Assembly: GCA_002725095.1 (NCBI GenBank)
Contig: PBQQ01000036.1
Location: 21,573 to 85,572 of the forward strand
Length of the DNA: 64,000 nt
Direction: 5' to 3'
Source of the DNA: Gammaproteobacteria bacterium
GTDB lineage: Bacteria > Pseudomonadota > Gammaproteobacteria > Pseudomonadales > Azotimanducaceae
The notes beneath the pieces are model-generated. The model worked only from the letters and a program-made list of their open reading frames with translations, was not told where the DNA came from and did no database searches. Shown here piece after piece: positions 42,158 through 50,886 of this stretch. Position 1 is the first letter of the stretch. Each line of letters opens with the position of its first letter. Position numbers and translations under genes: made by a program.

Positions 42158-42340
42158 TCAAGGCGCCTGTTGTGCATTGCGAGACCTGTACGCCGCTAAC
42201 GGCCACAACAGCAGCACTGCTATAGGACCCAAAAGCGGCCCCATGGCGACCCAAAACCGCACTTTTCTCCGCCGTGATTTGGCCATACGGAAACACAGTC
42301 CAGCACTGAGCAAAGTTACGACCAACAAACCTATTATCAT
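42158..42340 (-). CDS. Small two-TM membrane protein, hypothetical
   Basis: 60 aa; ATG 3 nt after degP stop; hydrophobic-basic(AKSRRRK)-hydrophobic (W...G.LLGP) layout. Confidence 0.6.
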   Translation of the reverse strand: MIIGLLVVTLLSAGLCFRMAKSRRRKVRFWVAMGPLLGPIAVLLLWPLAAYRSRNAQQAP

Positions 42341-42343
42341 GGC

Positions 42344-43786
42344 TTAGTCGTCTTCTGGCACTTTCAGTGTCAGAAAAATTCGTCGCTGCTGACGCAGCAC
42401 CAATACCGGCACAATACTGCCGGACTCTACATCATCGAGAATGTCGTTTAACGCTTCAGTATTTGCAACCGGCCGGGTGCGCATACGCAAAATAACATCA
42501 CGTGCCATCAATCCCCCACGGGCAGCTATTCCGGTCGCATTGACGACTTCAACCCCGACATCAATACCAAGCTGCTCCTTCGTTTGGTCTGACAAGTCGC
42601 GAACCGAAAGCCCAAACTTATTGTCCTTAGATGATGGTCTGGAACCAACTCTCAGATCTGCTTGATCTGGCAATTCACCAATGGTGACGGACAATTTCTT
42701 TTTCTTGCCGCCACGAACAACCGTCAGGCTTGACGGCTCACCTACCGGCGCACGGCCAACGAACTGCGGCAGTTCTCCAGAGCGCTCAATATCTTGGCCG
42801 TTGAACTCGACAATGATGTCTTCTTCCTGCAGACCGGCAGCCGCGGCCGGACTGTCTTCCATAACCCTAGCCACCAGAGCGCCACGCGGACGCTTTAACC
42901 CGTAACTGAGGGCCAGATCACGACTGACCTCCAGAATTTCCACGCCAAGCCAACCTCGCGAAACCCGACCCTTATCTTTCAACTGCTTCACAACGTCCAT
43001 AGCCATTTCGATCGGAATAGCAAAGCTCACGCCCATAAAGCCGCCCGAATTCGAGTAAATCTGCGAGTTGATCCCGACCACTTCACCGTCAAGATTAAAC
43101 AGTGGGCCACCAGAATTTCCGGGGTTAATCGCCACATCGGTCTGAATGAACGGCACATAGTTGCCCGTTTGTGGGTTCGACAAGCTACGACCCTTAGCAC
43201 TGACGATGCCGGCCGTTACCGAGTAGTCAAAACCGAACGGCGAGCCTATCGCTAACACCCATTCGCCAACTTCAAGTTTGTCCGAGTCGCCCATAGTCAA
43301 TGCCGGCAATTTTTTCTCTGCGGTAACTTTTAACAACGCCAGATCTGATCGCGGGTCTGTACCCACTAATTCTGCCTCGTATTCCTCGCGATTGCTCAGA
43401 CGCACCATGATTTTTTCAGCGCCATCTACCACGTGATTATTCGTCAAGATATATCCGTCAGACTGGATCACAAATCCGCTGCCTAAAGAACGAGGCCGGG
43501 ACCGCGGCTGGTTCTCGCGCTCTTGTGGCGGCCCGAACCGGCGGAAAAATTCCTCCAGCTGATCATTACGCGGCCCGCTTCGATTCATGCGACTCGGCGC
43601 CTCACCAACTGTACTGATGTTAACCACAGCGGCCTCGTTGCTCTTAACCAACTCGGTGAAATCCGGCAACGGTGAAGCTTGCGCGCCCAACGCCGCGGCA
43701 CACAGCAAACCCACCAAGGTTAGATAGCGAGCGGCACAGGCCCCTAACGTTTGTAGCGAGAAGGAGTTTGCGATCATATTCGGCAT
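42344..43786 (-). CDS. Periplasmic serine protease DegP/DegQ/MucD (HtrA family, two PDZ)
   Basis: Signal peptide, LPDFT.LV, SLGSGF, TNNHVV, D.ALL, QTDVAINPGNSGGPL, two PDZ; mucD position upstream of lepA. Confidence 0.95.
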   Translation of the reverse strand: MPNMIANSFSLQTLGACAARYLTLVGLLCAAALGAQASPLPDFTELVKSNEAAVVNISTVGEAPSRMNRSGPRNDQLEEFFRRFGPPQERENQPRSRPRSLGSGFVIQSDGYILTNNHVVDGAEKIMVRLSNREEYEAELVGTDPRSDLALLKVTAEKKLPALTMGDSDKLEVGEWVLAIGSPFGFDYSVTAGIVSAKGRSLSNPQTGNYVPFIQTDVAINPGNSGGPLFNLDGEVVGINSQIYSNSGGFMGVSFAIPIEMAMDVVKQLKDKGRVSRGWLGVEILEVSRDLALSYGLKRPRGALVARVMEDSPAAAAGLQEEDIIVEFNGQDIERSGELPQFVGRAPVGEPSSLTVVRGGKKKKLSVTIGELPDQADLRVGSRPSSKDNKFGLSVRDLSDQTKEQLGIDVGVEVVNATGIAARGGLMARDVILRMRTRPVANTEALNDILDDVESGSIVPVLVLRQQRRIFLTLKVPEDD

Positions 43787-43869
43787 TTAATTGGTCCTAT
43801 TTGGTAAAACTTGGTAGACCTGCAAACGAATCACGCCTTCGCCAGTCGTTTGCGGGCTGTGCACACTTG

Positions 43870-43896
43870 TGAGACCGAGCAGCCCTTCCCAGTTCC
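43870..43896 (-). promoter_or_regulatory. Putative sigmaE (RpoE/AlgU)-type promoter for the HtrA protease
   Basis: Minus strand GGAACTG-N15-TCTCA versus consensus GGAACTT-N16-TC(T/A)(G/A)A, about 85 nt upstream of the start. Confidence 0.45.
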
Positions 43897-43918
43897 TCGA
43901 ACGTAAAGCCACCGCACC

Positions 43919-44389
43919 CTAGATGCGTGCGCAGTCGCCGCGTTTCGACAAAATTATGCGTCGGTTCACACTTCGCGACCGCCTTCCCAGCATAGTGGGT
44001 ACACCACACGATTCTTTCAAGCCATTGTCAATTGTCGACCATCGGACTCGTAGCACTCGGCTCCAACAAATCATCAACGCTCCGAAGAGCGCCAATATAC
44101 TCAACTGCAGCGGCAAAACCTGTAACAGAGGGTAAGCATTGGTTACAACGTCAAAGGTGGTTATTGCTGCAACCAGCACCACCAAGGGTGCCGCAAACAA
44201 GCGCATGGCAATACCATTTAAAGTTCGAGCACTGATCGCTATGGTCGCGGGAGTCCCTTTCGGCTTGAACGCTGATTGAGCATTCGCCGGACCGAAACAC
44301 GCACCAGGACATCTCCAACAGGCCGACTCATTCGAGACGAACGTTGGACCTGTAGAAGTTTCTTGCAACAAGATGCTTCGTTCAATCAT
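43919..44389 (-). CDS. Divergent RseC/MucC-family membrane protein
   Basis: MIE start, SACxxCxxxC(F)G cluster, two TM helices starting FAAPL; immediately upstream of the mucD-like gene. Confidence 0.6.
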   Translation of the reverse strand: MIERSILLQETSTGPTFVSNESACWRCPGACFGPANAQSAFKPKGTPATIAISARTLNGIAMRLFAAPLVVLVAAITTFDVVTNAYPLLQVLPLQLSILALFGALMICWSRVLRVRWSTIDNGLKESCGVPTMLGRRSRSVNRRIILSKRGDCARI

Positions 44390-44483
44390 GTCAACTCTAT
44401 TACCAAGGATGAGTTACCGCTGGGTTACCCTCGACCATCAGGAAATCGCTATACTGGAGCCACTATGCCAAGCCGACACCATC

Positions 44484-46106
44484 ATGTCACAACGATTTGC
44501 AACTGACGTCCTCATAATCGGCGGCGGCGCCGCTGGCCTCGCAGCAGCGCTACAACTGGCCGACGCGGCCCGAGTTACCGTGTTAAGCAAGGGCGACATT
44601 ACCACGGGTTCTTCGCATTGGGCACAAGGCGGTGTTGCAGCCGTAATGGACCCGGATGACAGTTATACGGCACACGTTAAGGATACGTTAGAGGCCGGTG
44701 CGGGGTTGTGCGACCCCGAAGTCGTAGAGGCAACGGTCACAGACGCACCCGAGATGATCGCTCAGTTGTCGAGCTGGGGTGTCAATTTTGATGTAGAGGA
44801 CAACGCCCTGCATCTGACCCGCGAAGGCGGCCATTCGCACCGCCGGGTGGTACATGTCGCGGACGCTACCGGCAGAGCAATCACCCAGACCTTGACCGAA
44901 AAAGTCCTCGACCATCCAAATATTGAATTGTTCAACGACCGCGTTGCGATCGACCTTATCAACTTATCGAAACTGGGCCGCTACCCAAATCGCTGCGCCG
45001 GCGCCCACGTACTGAATCGAAGTACCGGCCGAGTTGAAGTGTTCCAATCCAATTTTGTGATCCTCGCAACCGGTGGGGCCAGTAAAGTTTATCTATATAC
45101 AAGCAACCCTGATGGCTCTACCGGCGACGGCATTGCCATGGCATGGCGCGCGGGCTGCCGGGTCGCGAACATGGAGTTCAATCAATTTCATCCGACGTGT
45201 CTCTATCACCCCCACGCTGGCTCATTTCTGATCTCAGAAGCGGTACGTGGCGAAGGTGGCATTTTGCGGCTACCTAATGGCGAACGCTTTATGCAGCGCT
45301 TCGATAAGCGCGCCGAGCTTGCTCCGCGTGACATTGTTGCTCGTGCGATCGACCACGAAATGAAGCGTATCGGTGCGGACTGTGTGTACTTGGACATTTC
45401 TCATCGTTCCGCTGAATTCATTCATGGACACTTTCCAAATATCGCGGAAAAGTGCGCTGCACTTGGCATCGATATTACCCGCGACGCGATCCCCGTGGTG
45501 CCCGCCGCACACTATTCCTGCGGTGGCGTGGTGGTCGACCAACACGGCCGCTCCGACCTAGCGCATCTGTACGTTATTGGTGAGGCGAGTTGTACCGGCC
45601 TACACGGGGCCAATCGACTGGCCAGCAATTCACTACTCGAATGCTTGGTGTTTGCACGCCGCGCCGCCGGCAAAATCCAAACCCAGCTCGATCGACCGAT
45701 AACCGTACCCTACATCCCGAAATGGGATGAATCTCAAGTGCGTGACTCGGACGAGAGCGTCATCATCGCGCATAACTGGGACGAGCTGCGACGTTTTATG
45801 TGGGACTTTGTCGGCATTGTGCGCACCGATAAACGACTACAACGGGCGCAGCATCGGATCGATTTATTAAAACAGGAAGTCGCTGACTACTACGCTAACT
45901 ACACCATTACCAGTGATCTTATTGAGCTGCGTAATTTGCTGCATGTTGCCGACCTTATTGTGCGCTCAGCATTACAGCGCCGCGAGAGTCGAGGGCTACA
46001 CTTTACTCTGGATCACCCGCAACAAAGCGCTCATCCGCAAGATACGATCCTATTCCCAGGTGGGCTTGATGACCTAAACGTGATGCGCGCAACGACAAAC
46101 AATTAA
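44484..46106 (+). CDS. nadB: L-aspartate oxidase
   Basis: GGGAAGL, S.WAQGG, EGGHS.RR, QFHPT, LAPRD.VARAI, PAAHY.CGG, GLHGANRLASNSLLE, ESRGLH; ATG 44484 gives 540 aa (ORF track 44373). Confidence 0.97.
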   Translation: MSQRFATDVLIIGGGAAGLAAALQLADAARVTVLSKGDITTGSSHWAQGGVAAVMDPDDSYTAHVKDTLEAGAGLCDPEVVEATVTDAPEMIAQLSSWGVNFDVEDNALHLTREGGHSHRRVVHVADATGRAITQTLTEKVLDHPNIELFNDRVAIDLINLSKLGRYPNRCAGAHVLNRSTGRVEVFQSNFVILATGGASKVYLYTSNPDGSTGDGIAMAWRAGCRVANMEFNQFHPTCLYHPHAGSFLISEAVRGEGGILRLPNGERFMQRFDKRAELAPRDIVARAIDHEMKRIGADCVYLDISHRSAEFIHGHFPNIAEKCAALGIDITRDAIPVVPAAHYSCGGVVVDQHGRSDLAHLYVIGEASCTGLHGANRLASNSLLECLVFARRAAGKIQTQLDRPITVPYIPKWDESQVRDSDESVIIAHNWDELRRFMWDFVGIVRTDKRLQRAQHRIDLLKQEVADYYANYTITSDLIELRNLLHVADLIVRSALQRRESRGLHFTLDHPQQSAHPQDTILFPGGLDDLNVMRATTNN

Positions 46107-46507
46107 GTCAGTCGAACAGACCGCATACTCAACGCGACATTGGCTTCTCGGCAACACCAGGCGAAAACTTCACGAGTCACTTCATCGCGGAATAGCCATT
46201 GCGGTCGCTCACCGGTGACACAAAAACACACAACCCATGGCATTTGCCAAAACTGGCGCAGCCGCACGCCGTCCAAATGCACCGAGTCATCAGTTGGTAA
46301 ATATACAACGTTAGGCTGACCCGGCCGCGCGGACATGACGATACGCTGGCACAAGGGTATAAACAGTCCACTGCCACTGATACCAAGTAATTTCGCGCCG
46401 GCGTATTCAACGACAAAAACAGCAAGCAGCGCCACACCACAACGCACCCCACCCAACCGCACCGATATCGAAATCTGATCTTCGTGACCGGCGCGACGCT
46501 CCAGCAC
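46103..46507 (-). CDS. YgfX-like membrane protein (hypothetical)
   Basis: Directly downstream of sdhE; two weak hydrophobic segments, C-terminal W..PW and WLFRDE..F pattern resembling YgfX-type proteins. Confidence 0.5.
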   Translation of the reverse strand: MLERRAGHEDQISISVRLGGVRCGVALLAVFVVEYAGAKLLGISGSGLFIPLCQRIVMSARPGQPNVVYLPTDDSVHLDGVRLRQFWQMPWVVCFCVTGERPQWLFRDEVTREVFAWCCREANVALSMRSVRLT

Positions 46508-46509
46508 AA

Positions 46510-46773
46510 CTAAGAAATCGTAGTGGGCGCAGCGGGCGTGGCAATGATCTTATCAACCACCTGTTTTACCAGTGGGTCTTCAGGTACTTCGCGCCCCTGC
46601 ACCCAATCGAATAACTGCCAATCTTCAAGATCCAACATTTGTTCGTAACAACGTTGTTCAGCATCGCTTAACTCAGCAAATTGGTCTCGAGCAAACGGGA
46701 TCAACTGCAATTCTAGTTCAAGCATACCTCTGCGGCTGCGCCAATAAATATGTTTCAAATCCGTTACCGCCAT
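46510..46773 (-). CDS. sdhE: FAD assembly factor SdhE (YgfY)
   Basis: WRSRRGMLELE, L..ED..LF.W; divergent from ygfZ. Confidence 0.93.
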   Translation of the reverse strand: MAVTDLKHIYWRSRRGMLELELQLIPFARDQFAELSDAEQRCYEQMLDLEDWQLFDWVQGREVPEDPLVKQVVDKIIATPAAPTTIS

Positions 46774-46857
46774 AAATTCCTTTTGAGCCTCAGGTTATTG
46801 CAATTATCACCATCTATCAGGCAGTCTATTTCTTCTTTCGTTGTACGAGAACGGCCG

Positions 46858-47565
46858 TTGAACAATTGGCACGATGTACGGATGGTCAAGCTAACCGGCT
46901 TTGCAGCGACCGAGTTTTTACAAGGTTACGTAACCTGCAATACCGATCGAGTGTCAGCGCTCGCCTGCACACCTTTCGCTGCTTGCTCGCTGCAAGGCCG
47001 CGTCATTGCCAATGGCTGGGCGGTCCAATTGTCGGACGCTGTAGGCCTAATCATGCACCACTCTATCGTTCAGACATTTAGAGATTATTTGGACCCCTAC
47101 CTTAGATTTTCTAAGTGTACGCTCGACACTGATGAAGATTTCGTTTACGTCACGACCTCCGCGAGCGCGGCGACGGCAGACCTGATGGCGAACTGGCATG
47201 TGGTACGCGAAATGACCGAGGCAGAGTCGCCACACGCGAGCGCGCCAGACGCCTCCCAGCCGATCAACGAACAGCTTATTGCACAACGCCAGGTACTGCT
47301 GCAGCAATCGTGTTCTGGACGCCATCTACCGCAAATGCTGGCGTTAGAGGAACATGGCGCTATCGATTTCGACAAGGGCTGCTATCTCGGTCAGGAAGTG
47401 GTCGCGCGCGCGCAGTTCCGCGGCACCATCAAGCGCGGCCTCGCCGCGTTTACCATTGATGAACGGGCGAACGTTGAACTGGGCCGCGCCTATGAAACCG
47501 TCGACGCCAAAGGTGAGGTTGTGATGGTGGGCGAACAGCAAGGACTCTGGGTGACTCGACTTTAG
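46858..47565 (+). CDS. ygfZ: Folate-binding Fe-S cluster repair protein YgfZ (short form)
   Basis: G....FLQG..T, QGR, HLPQML, signature FDKGCYLGQEVVAR; start TTG 46858 or ATG 46882 (ORF track 46750). Confidence 0.88.
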   Translation: MNNWHDVRMVKLTGFAATEFLQGYVTCNTDRVSALACTPFAACSLQGRVIANGWAVQLSDAVGLIMHHSIVQTFRDYLDPYLRFSKCTLDTDEDFVYVTTSASAATADLMANWHVVREMTEAESPHASAPDASQPINEQLIAQRQVLLQQSCSGRHLPQMLALEEHGAIDFDKGCYLGQEVVARAQFRGTIKRGLAAFTIDERANVELGRAYETVDAKGEVVMVGEQQGLWVTRL

Positions 47566-47572
47566 CGGCACA

Positions 47573-48667
47573 TCATAACGTCGCAGCAAAGTGACTCAAC
47601 ACATGCGCACGAGGGACCTCACCAAGTGCTTTGTACTGCCAATCCGCTCTTCCATCTTTGTCAATCAGCAACGCGCGAACGCCTTCTGCAAAATCCGGGA
47701 GTTGCGCACAACGGATCGCGATCGCACGTTCCATAGCAAAACTTTCTGTCAGCGTCATAGTCTGCACCCGACGAAGCTGCTCGAGCACAATCGCAGCAGT
47801 TGTCGGGCAACCTTTACGTAAATTATCCAGGCCTCTGTCGATCCAGTCCGACTGGCCCTGCAAGGCAAACAAAGCCGTAGCCGTCGACGCCAGATCATCG
47901 ACCTGCACCGCCCATTCAGGTAAGGCGTCTAACTCAGTCGGCAGTTGGCGCGGCGGCTGGTGCAACGTCGCCAAAAACTCCTCCAACAAAGATGCATTCG
48001 CTTCATTAGAGCCGGCCTGCCACGACAGCTCAGCGAGCTGCGGCAATACACTGTCACGCACCTCGTGGTCAATAACGTGCGAACCGATGCCTAAGCTTAG
48101 AGCATCTCGAGCATTTAACTGGCTGCCCGTAAGACCAAGAAATGCTGCCACTGCCAGCGGCAACTGCTTGAGCACCCAACTGCCACCGGCATCGGGGAAC
48201 AGTCCAATCGTAATCTCAGGAAACGCCAGCCGTGAGCGTTCGGTAAGCACGCGAAACCGCGACGCCGACAGCAAACCGAAACCACCGCCCATCACCACAC
48301 CATGCCCCAAAGTCATTATCGGTTTGGGGTATTCATGCATGAGCAGATCGAGTTGGTATTCCTCGGTAAAAAAACAACGGGCATAGTCGTCAACTTCAGA
48401 ACCTGCCTGCTGGTTGGCCACACAGGATCGATACAACGCCTGTATATCACCACCGGCGCAAAATGCTTTCGGCCCTCGACCGGTCAACACAATCGCCGCT
48501 ACATCCTCACGCGAACGCCAGTTCGTGAGCGCCACGTTCATCGCTCGAATCATTTCTAAAGTCAGCGAATTAAGACTCGCTTCAACATTTAGGGTAAGAC
48601 TACCCAGCACACAACCATTGGCGGTCGGCTGCTCGGTAATCAACAGTGGTGCGTCTGCTGCTTGCAT
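47573..48667 (-). CDS. Enoyl-CoA hydratase/3-hydroxyisobutyryl-CoA hydrolase family protein
   Basis: LNSL..EM, AFCAGGDI, FF.EEY.LD, G.VMGGG.GL, PE..IGLFPD.G, DF.EGVRALLIDKD. Confidence 0.92.
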   Translation of the reverse strand: MQAADAPLLITEQPTANGCVLGSLTLNVEASLNSLTLEMIRAMNVALTNWRSREDVAAIVLTGRGPKAFCAGGDIQALYRSCVANQQAGSEVDDYARCFFTEEYQLDLLMHEYPKPIMTLGHGVVMGGGFGLLSASRFRVLTERSRLAFPEITIGLFPDAGGSWVLKQLPLAVAAFLGLTGSQLNARDALSLGIGSHVIDHEVRDSVLPQLAELSWQAGSNEANASLLEEFLATLHQPPRQLPTELDALPEWAVQVDDLASTATALFALQGQSDWIDRGLDNLRKGCPTTAAIVLEQLRRVQTMTLTESFAMERAIAIRCAQLPDFAEGVRALLIDKDGRADWQYKALGEVPRAHVLSHFAATL

Positions 48668-48677
48668 ATCCTCTCCT

Positions 48678-49367
48678 CTAATCTATGCGGGTCCAATCGA
48701 TGGGCGTCGCGCCCTGTGATTCTAGATATTGGTTGGCTTGGGAAAAATGTCGACAACCAAAGAAACCACGATGTGCTGACAAGGGTGACGGGTGCGGCGC
48801 CTTTAATAGGCGGTGACGACCCGCATCAACCACAGCCGCCTTCTTTTGCGCATAACTGCCCCAGAGCAAAAAAACCAAGCCAGAACGCTCAGCGGCCAGG
48901 CGCTGCACCAATACGTCAGTAAAACGTTCCCAACCTCGGCCTTGATGAGACCCTGCAGCTCTCGCTCTAACGCTTAGAACGGCATTGAGCAATAACACAC
49001 CTTGTTCTGCCCACTGCGAAAGGTCACCGCTGCCTGCAGCACCCAACGATGCACACCCCAGATCGCGCTCTATCTCCGCAAAGATATTACGCAAGGAAGG
49101 CGGCAAGCCCACCCCACGTGGAACCGAAAAACTAAGACCGTGTGCCTGCCCAGGACCATGATAGGGGTCTTGGCCGATGATAACGACTTTTATCCGCTCG
49201 ATAGGCACCAGATTGAGGGCCGCGAACATATTTTTACCGGCCGGAAAAACCTCATTCCCCGCTCGCTTCTCGGCGAGCAAGAACGCTCGCAACTGCTGCA
49301 TATACGGCTGCTCAAACTGATCTGCCAATAACGTCTGCCAGGAGTTTTCCAACTGCACTGTACGCAT
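48678..49367 (-). CDS. ung: Uracil-DNA glycosylase family 1
   Basis: GQDPYH, AHGLSFSV, PPSL.NI, GVLLLN, HPSPLS. Confidence 0.97.
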   Translation of the reverse strand: MRTVQLENSWQTLLADQFEQPYMQQLRAFLLAEKRAGNEVFPAGKNMFAALNLVPIERIKVVIIGQDPYHGPGQAHGLSFSVPRGVGLPPSLRNIFAEIERDLGCASLGAAGSGDLSQWAEQGVLLLNAVLSVRARAAGSHQGRGWERFTDVLVQRLAAERSGLVFLLWGSYAQKKAAVVDAGRHRLLKAPHPSPLSAHRGFFGCRHFSQANQYLESQGATPIDWTRID

Positions 49368-49377
49368 GACTAGGCCG

Positions 49378-50856
49378 CTACACTTTTCTCATCAACGGAA
49401 ATAACAAGACATCACGAATAGATGGAGAATCGGTCAACAACATAACCAAACGATCGATACCCACGCCTTCACCCGCTGTTGGCGGCAAGCCGTATTCCAA
49501 TGCCGTAATGTAATCCTCATCAAAATGCATCGCCTCGTGATCGCCCGCAGACTTAAGGGCAGCCTGCGCCTGAAAACGTTCGGCCTGATCGATCGGATCA
49601 TTTAACTCTGAAAACCCATTAGCGTACTCACGGCCACCAATAAACAATTCAAAACGGTCGGTAATCGCTGGATTTTCATCGTTGCGACGCGCCAACGGCG
49701 ACACCTCGGCCGGGTACTCCGTAATGTAGGTGGGTTGTTCCAGCTGCGCCTCGACCCGCGCCTCAAACATTTCCATTTGCAACCTACCTAGACCCCAGTC
49801 ATCTTGCAGATCGACACCGGCCTTTGCCAACAGATCACGCAAGTCGGATGCATTACTTGCAGACGCTTCAGCAACACCACCAAACCGCACCAGCGACTCT
49901 TCCATGCTGAGGCGCAATGCCGGCTTACCAAGATCAAGTTCAATCCCCTGATAGGCAAACTGCCGACCGCCCAGCACGTTAGTCGCAAGCATGGCGAGCA
50001 ATTCGTCCGTCAGGTGCATCAGGTCCTGATAGTCCGCGTAGGCCTGATAAAATTCCAACATCGTGAATTCCGGGTTATGCCGTGTCGACAGCCCCTCGTT
50101 ACGAAAGTTGCGGTTGATTTCAAACACCCGCTCAAACCCGCCTACCACCAAGCGCTTGAGAAACAGTTCTGGGGCGACCCGCAAATACAACGGCATGTCT
50201 AAAGTGTTGTGATGGGTAATAAACGGACGCGCCGTTGCGCCACCTGGGATGCTATGCATCATCGGCGTTTCCACTTCTAGAAAATCGTGGTCGACAAAAT
50301 ACTGTCGCAAATTGTGAACAATTTGCGAACGCGCTTGGAACACCCTGCGACTGTCTGCGTTCGTCATCAGGTCAACATAACGCTGCCGGTAGCGGGTTTC
50401 TTGATCGGTAAGCCCATGGAATTTCTCCGGCAGCGGCTGCAGAGTCTTATTCAGCAAAACAATATCTTCCGCCTGCACAGAGAGTTCGCCCTTATTCGTG
50501 CGCATCAACACACCGCGCACACCAACGATATCTCCCATCTCCCAGTATTCGGTAAAACCGGCGTACACGTCTTCGCTGACATTGTCACGCGCCAGATAAC
50601 ACTGAATTTGCCCGGAGACGTCCTGCAGGGTAATAAAGCTAGCTTTCCCCATTACCCGACGCAACATGATGCGTCCGGCCACGGCCGTGGCGACCTGGGC
50701 CTCGGCGAGGGCCGCTTTATCATCCTCAACATGACGCGCTAACAGATCCGCCGCCAAGTCCTGCCGCCGAAACTCATTGGGATAGGTTCCTACAGCCGCT
50801 TGCCAGCTTTGCATTTTCGCTTTCCGTGTCGTCAGAATATCTCGCTCTTCACTCAT
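49378..50856 (-). CDS. lysS: Lysine--tRNA ligase class II
   Basis: OB-fold GKASF, YRQRYVDL, EVETPMM, FRNEG...HNPEFT, YGLPPT.G.G.GIDRL. Confidence 0.98.
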   Translation of the reverse strand: MSEERDILTTRKAKMQSWQAAVGTYPNEFRRQDLAADLLARHVEDDKAALAEAQVATAVAGRIMLRRVMGKASFITLQDVSGQIQCYLARDNVSEDVYAGFTEYWEMGDIVGVRGVLMRTNKGELSVQAEDIVLLNKTLQPLPEKFHGLTDQETRYRQRYVDLMTNADSRRVFQARSQIVHNLRQYFVDHDFLEVETPMMHSIPGGATARPFITHHNTLDMPLYLRVAPELFLKRLVVGGFERVFEINRNFRNEGLSTRHNPEFTMLEFYQAYADYQDLMHLTDELLAMLATNVLGGRQFAYQGIELDLGKPALRLSMEESLVRFGGVAEASASNASDLRDLLAKAGVDLQDDWGLGRLQMEMFEARVEAQLEQPTYITEYPAEVSPLARRNDENPAITDRFELFIGGREYANGFSELNDPIDQAERFQAQAALKSAGDHEAMHFDEDYITALEYGLPPTAGEGVGIDRLVMLLTDSPSIRDVLLFPLMRKV

Positions 50857-50886
50857 ACTGGGCCTCTTTGCTCACCGCGCTATTCC

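Noticed and set aside
46177-46509. Alternative Cys-rich 110-aa frame downstream of sdhE
   Set aside because: It overlaps the 46103..46507 frame, which has the YgfX-like C-terminal pattern. A frameshifted gene cannot be fully excluded, but nothing supports one.
47631-48386. 251-aa plus-strand ORF (likewise 8352..8966, 13122..13721, 17118..17843, 15504..16037)
   Set aside because: Each lies essentially antisense to a well-supported gene and has no recognisable motif; these are shadow ORFs.
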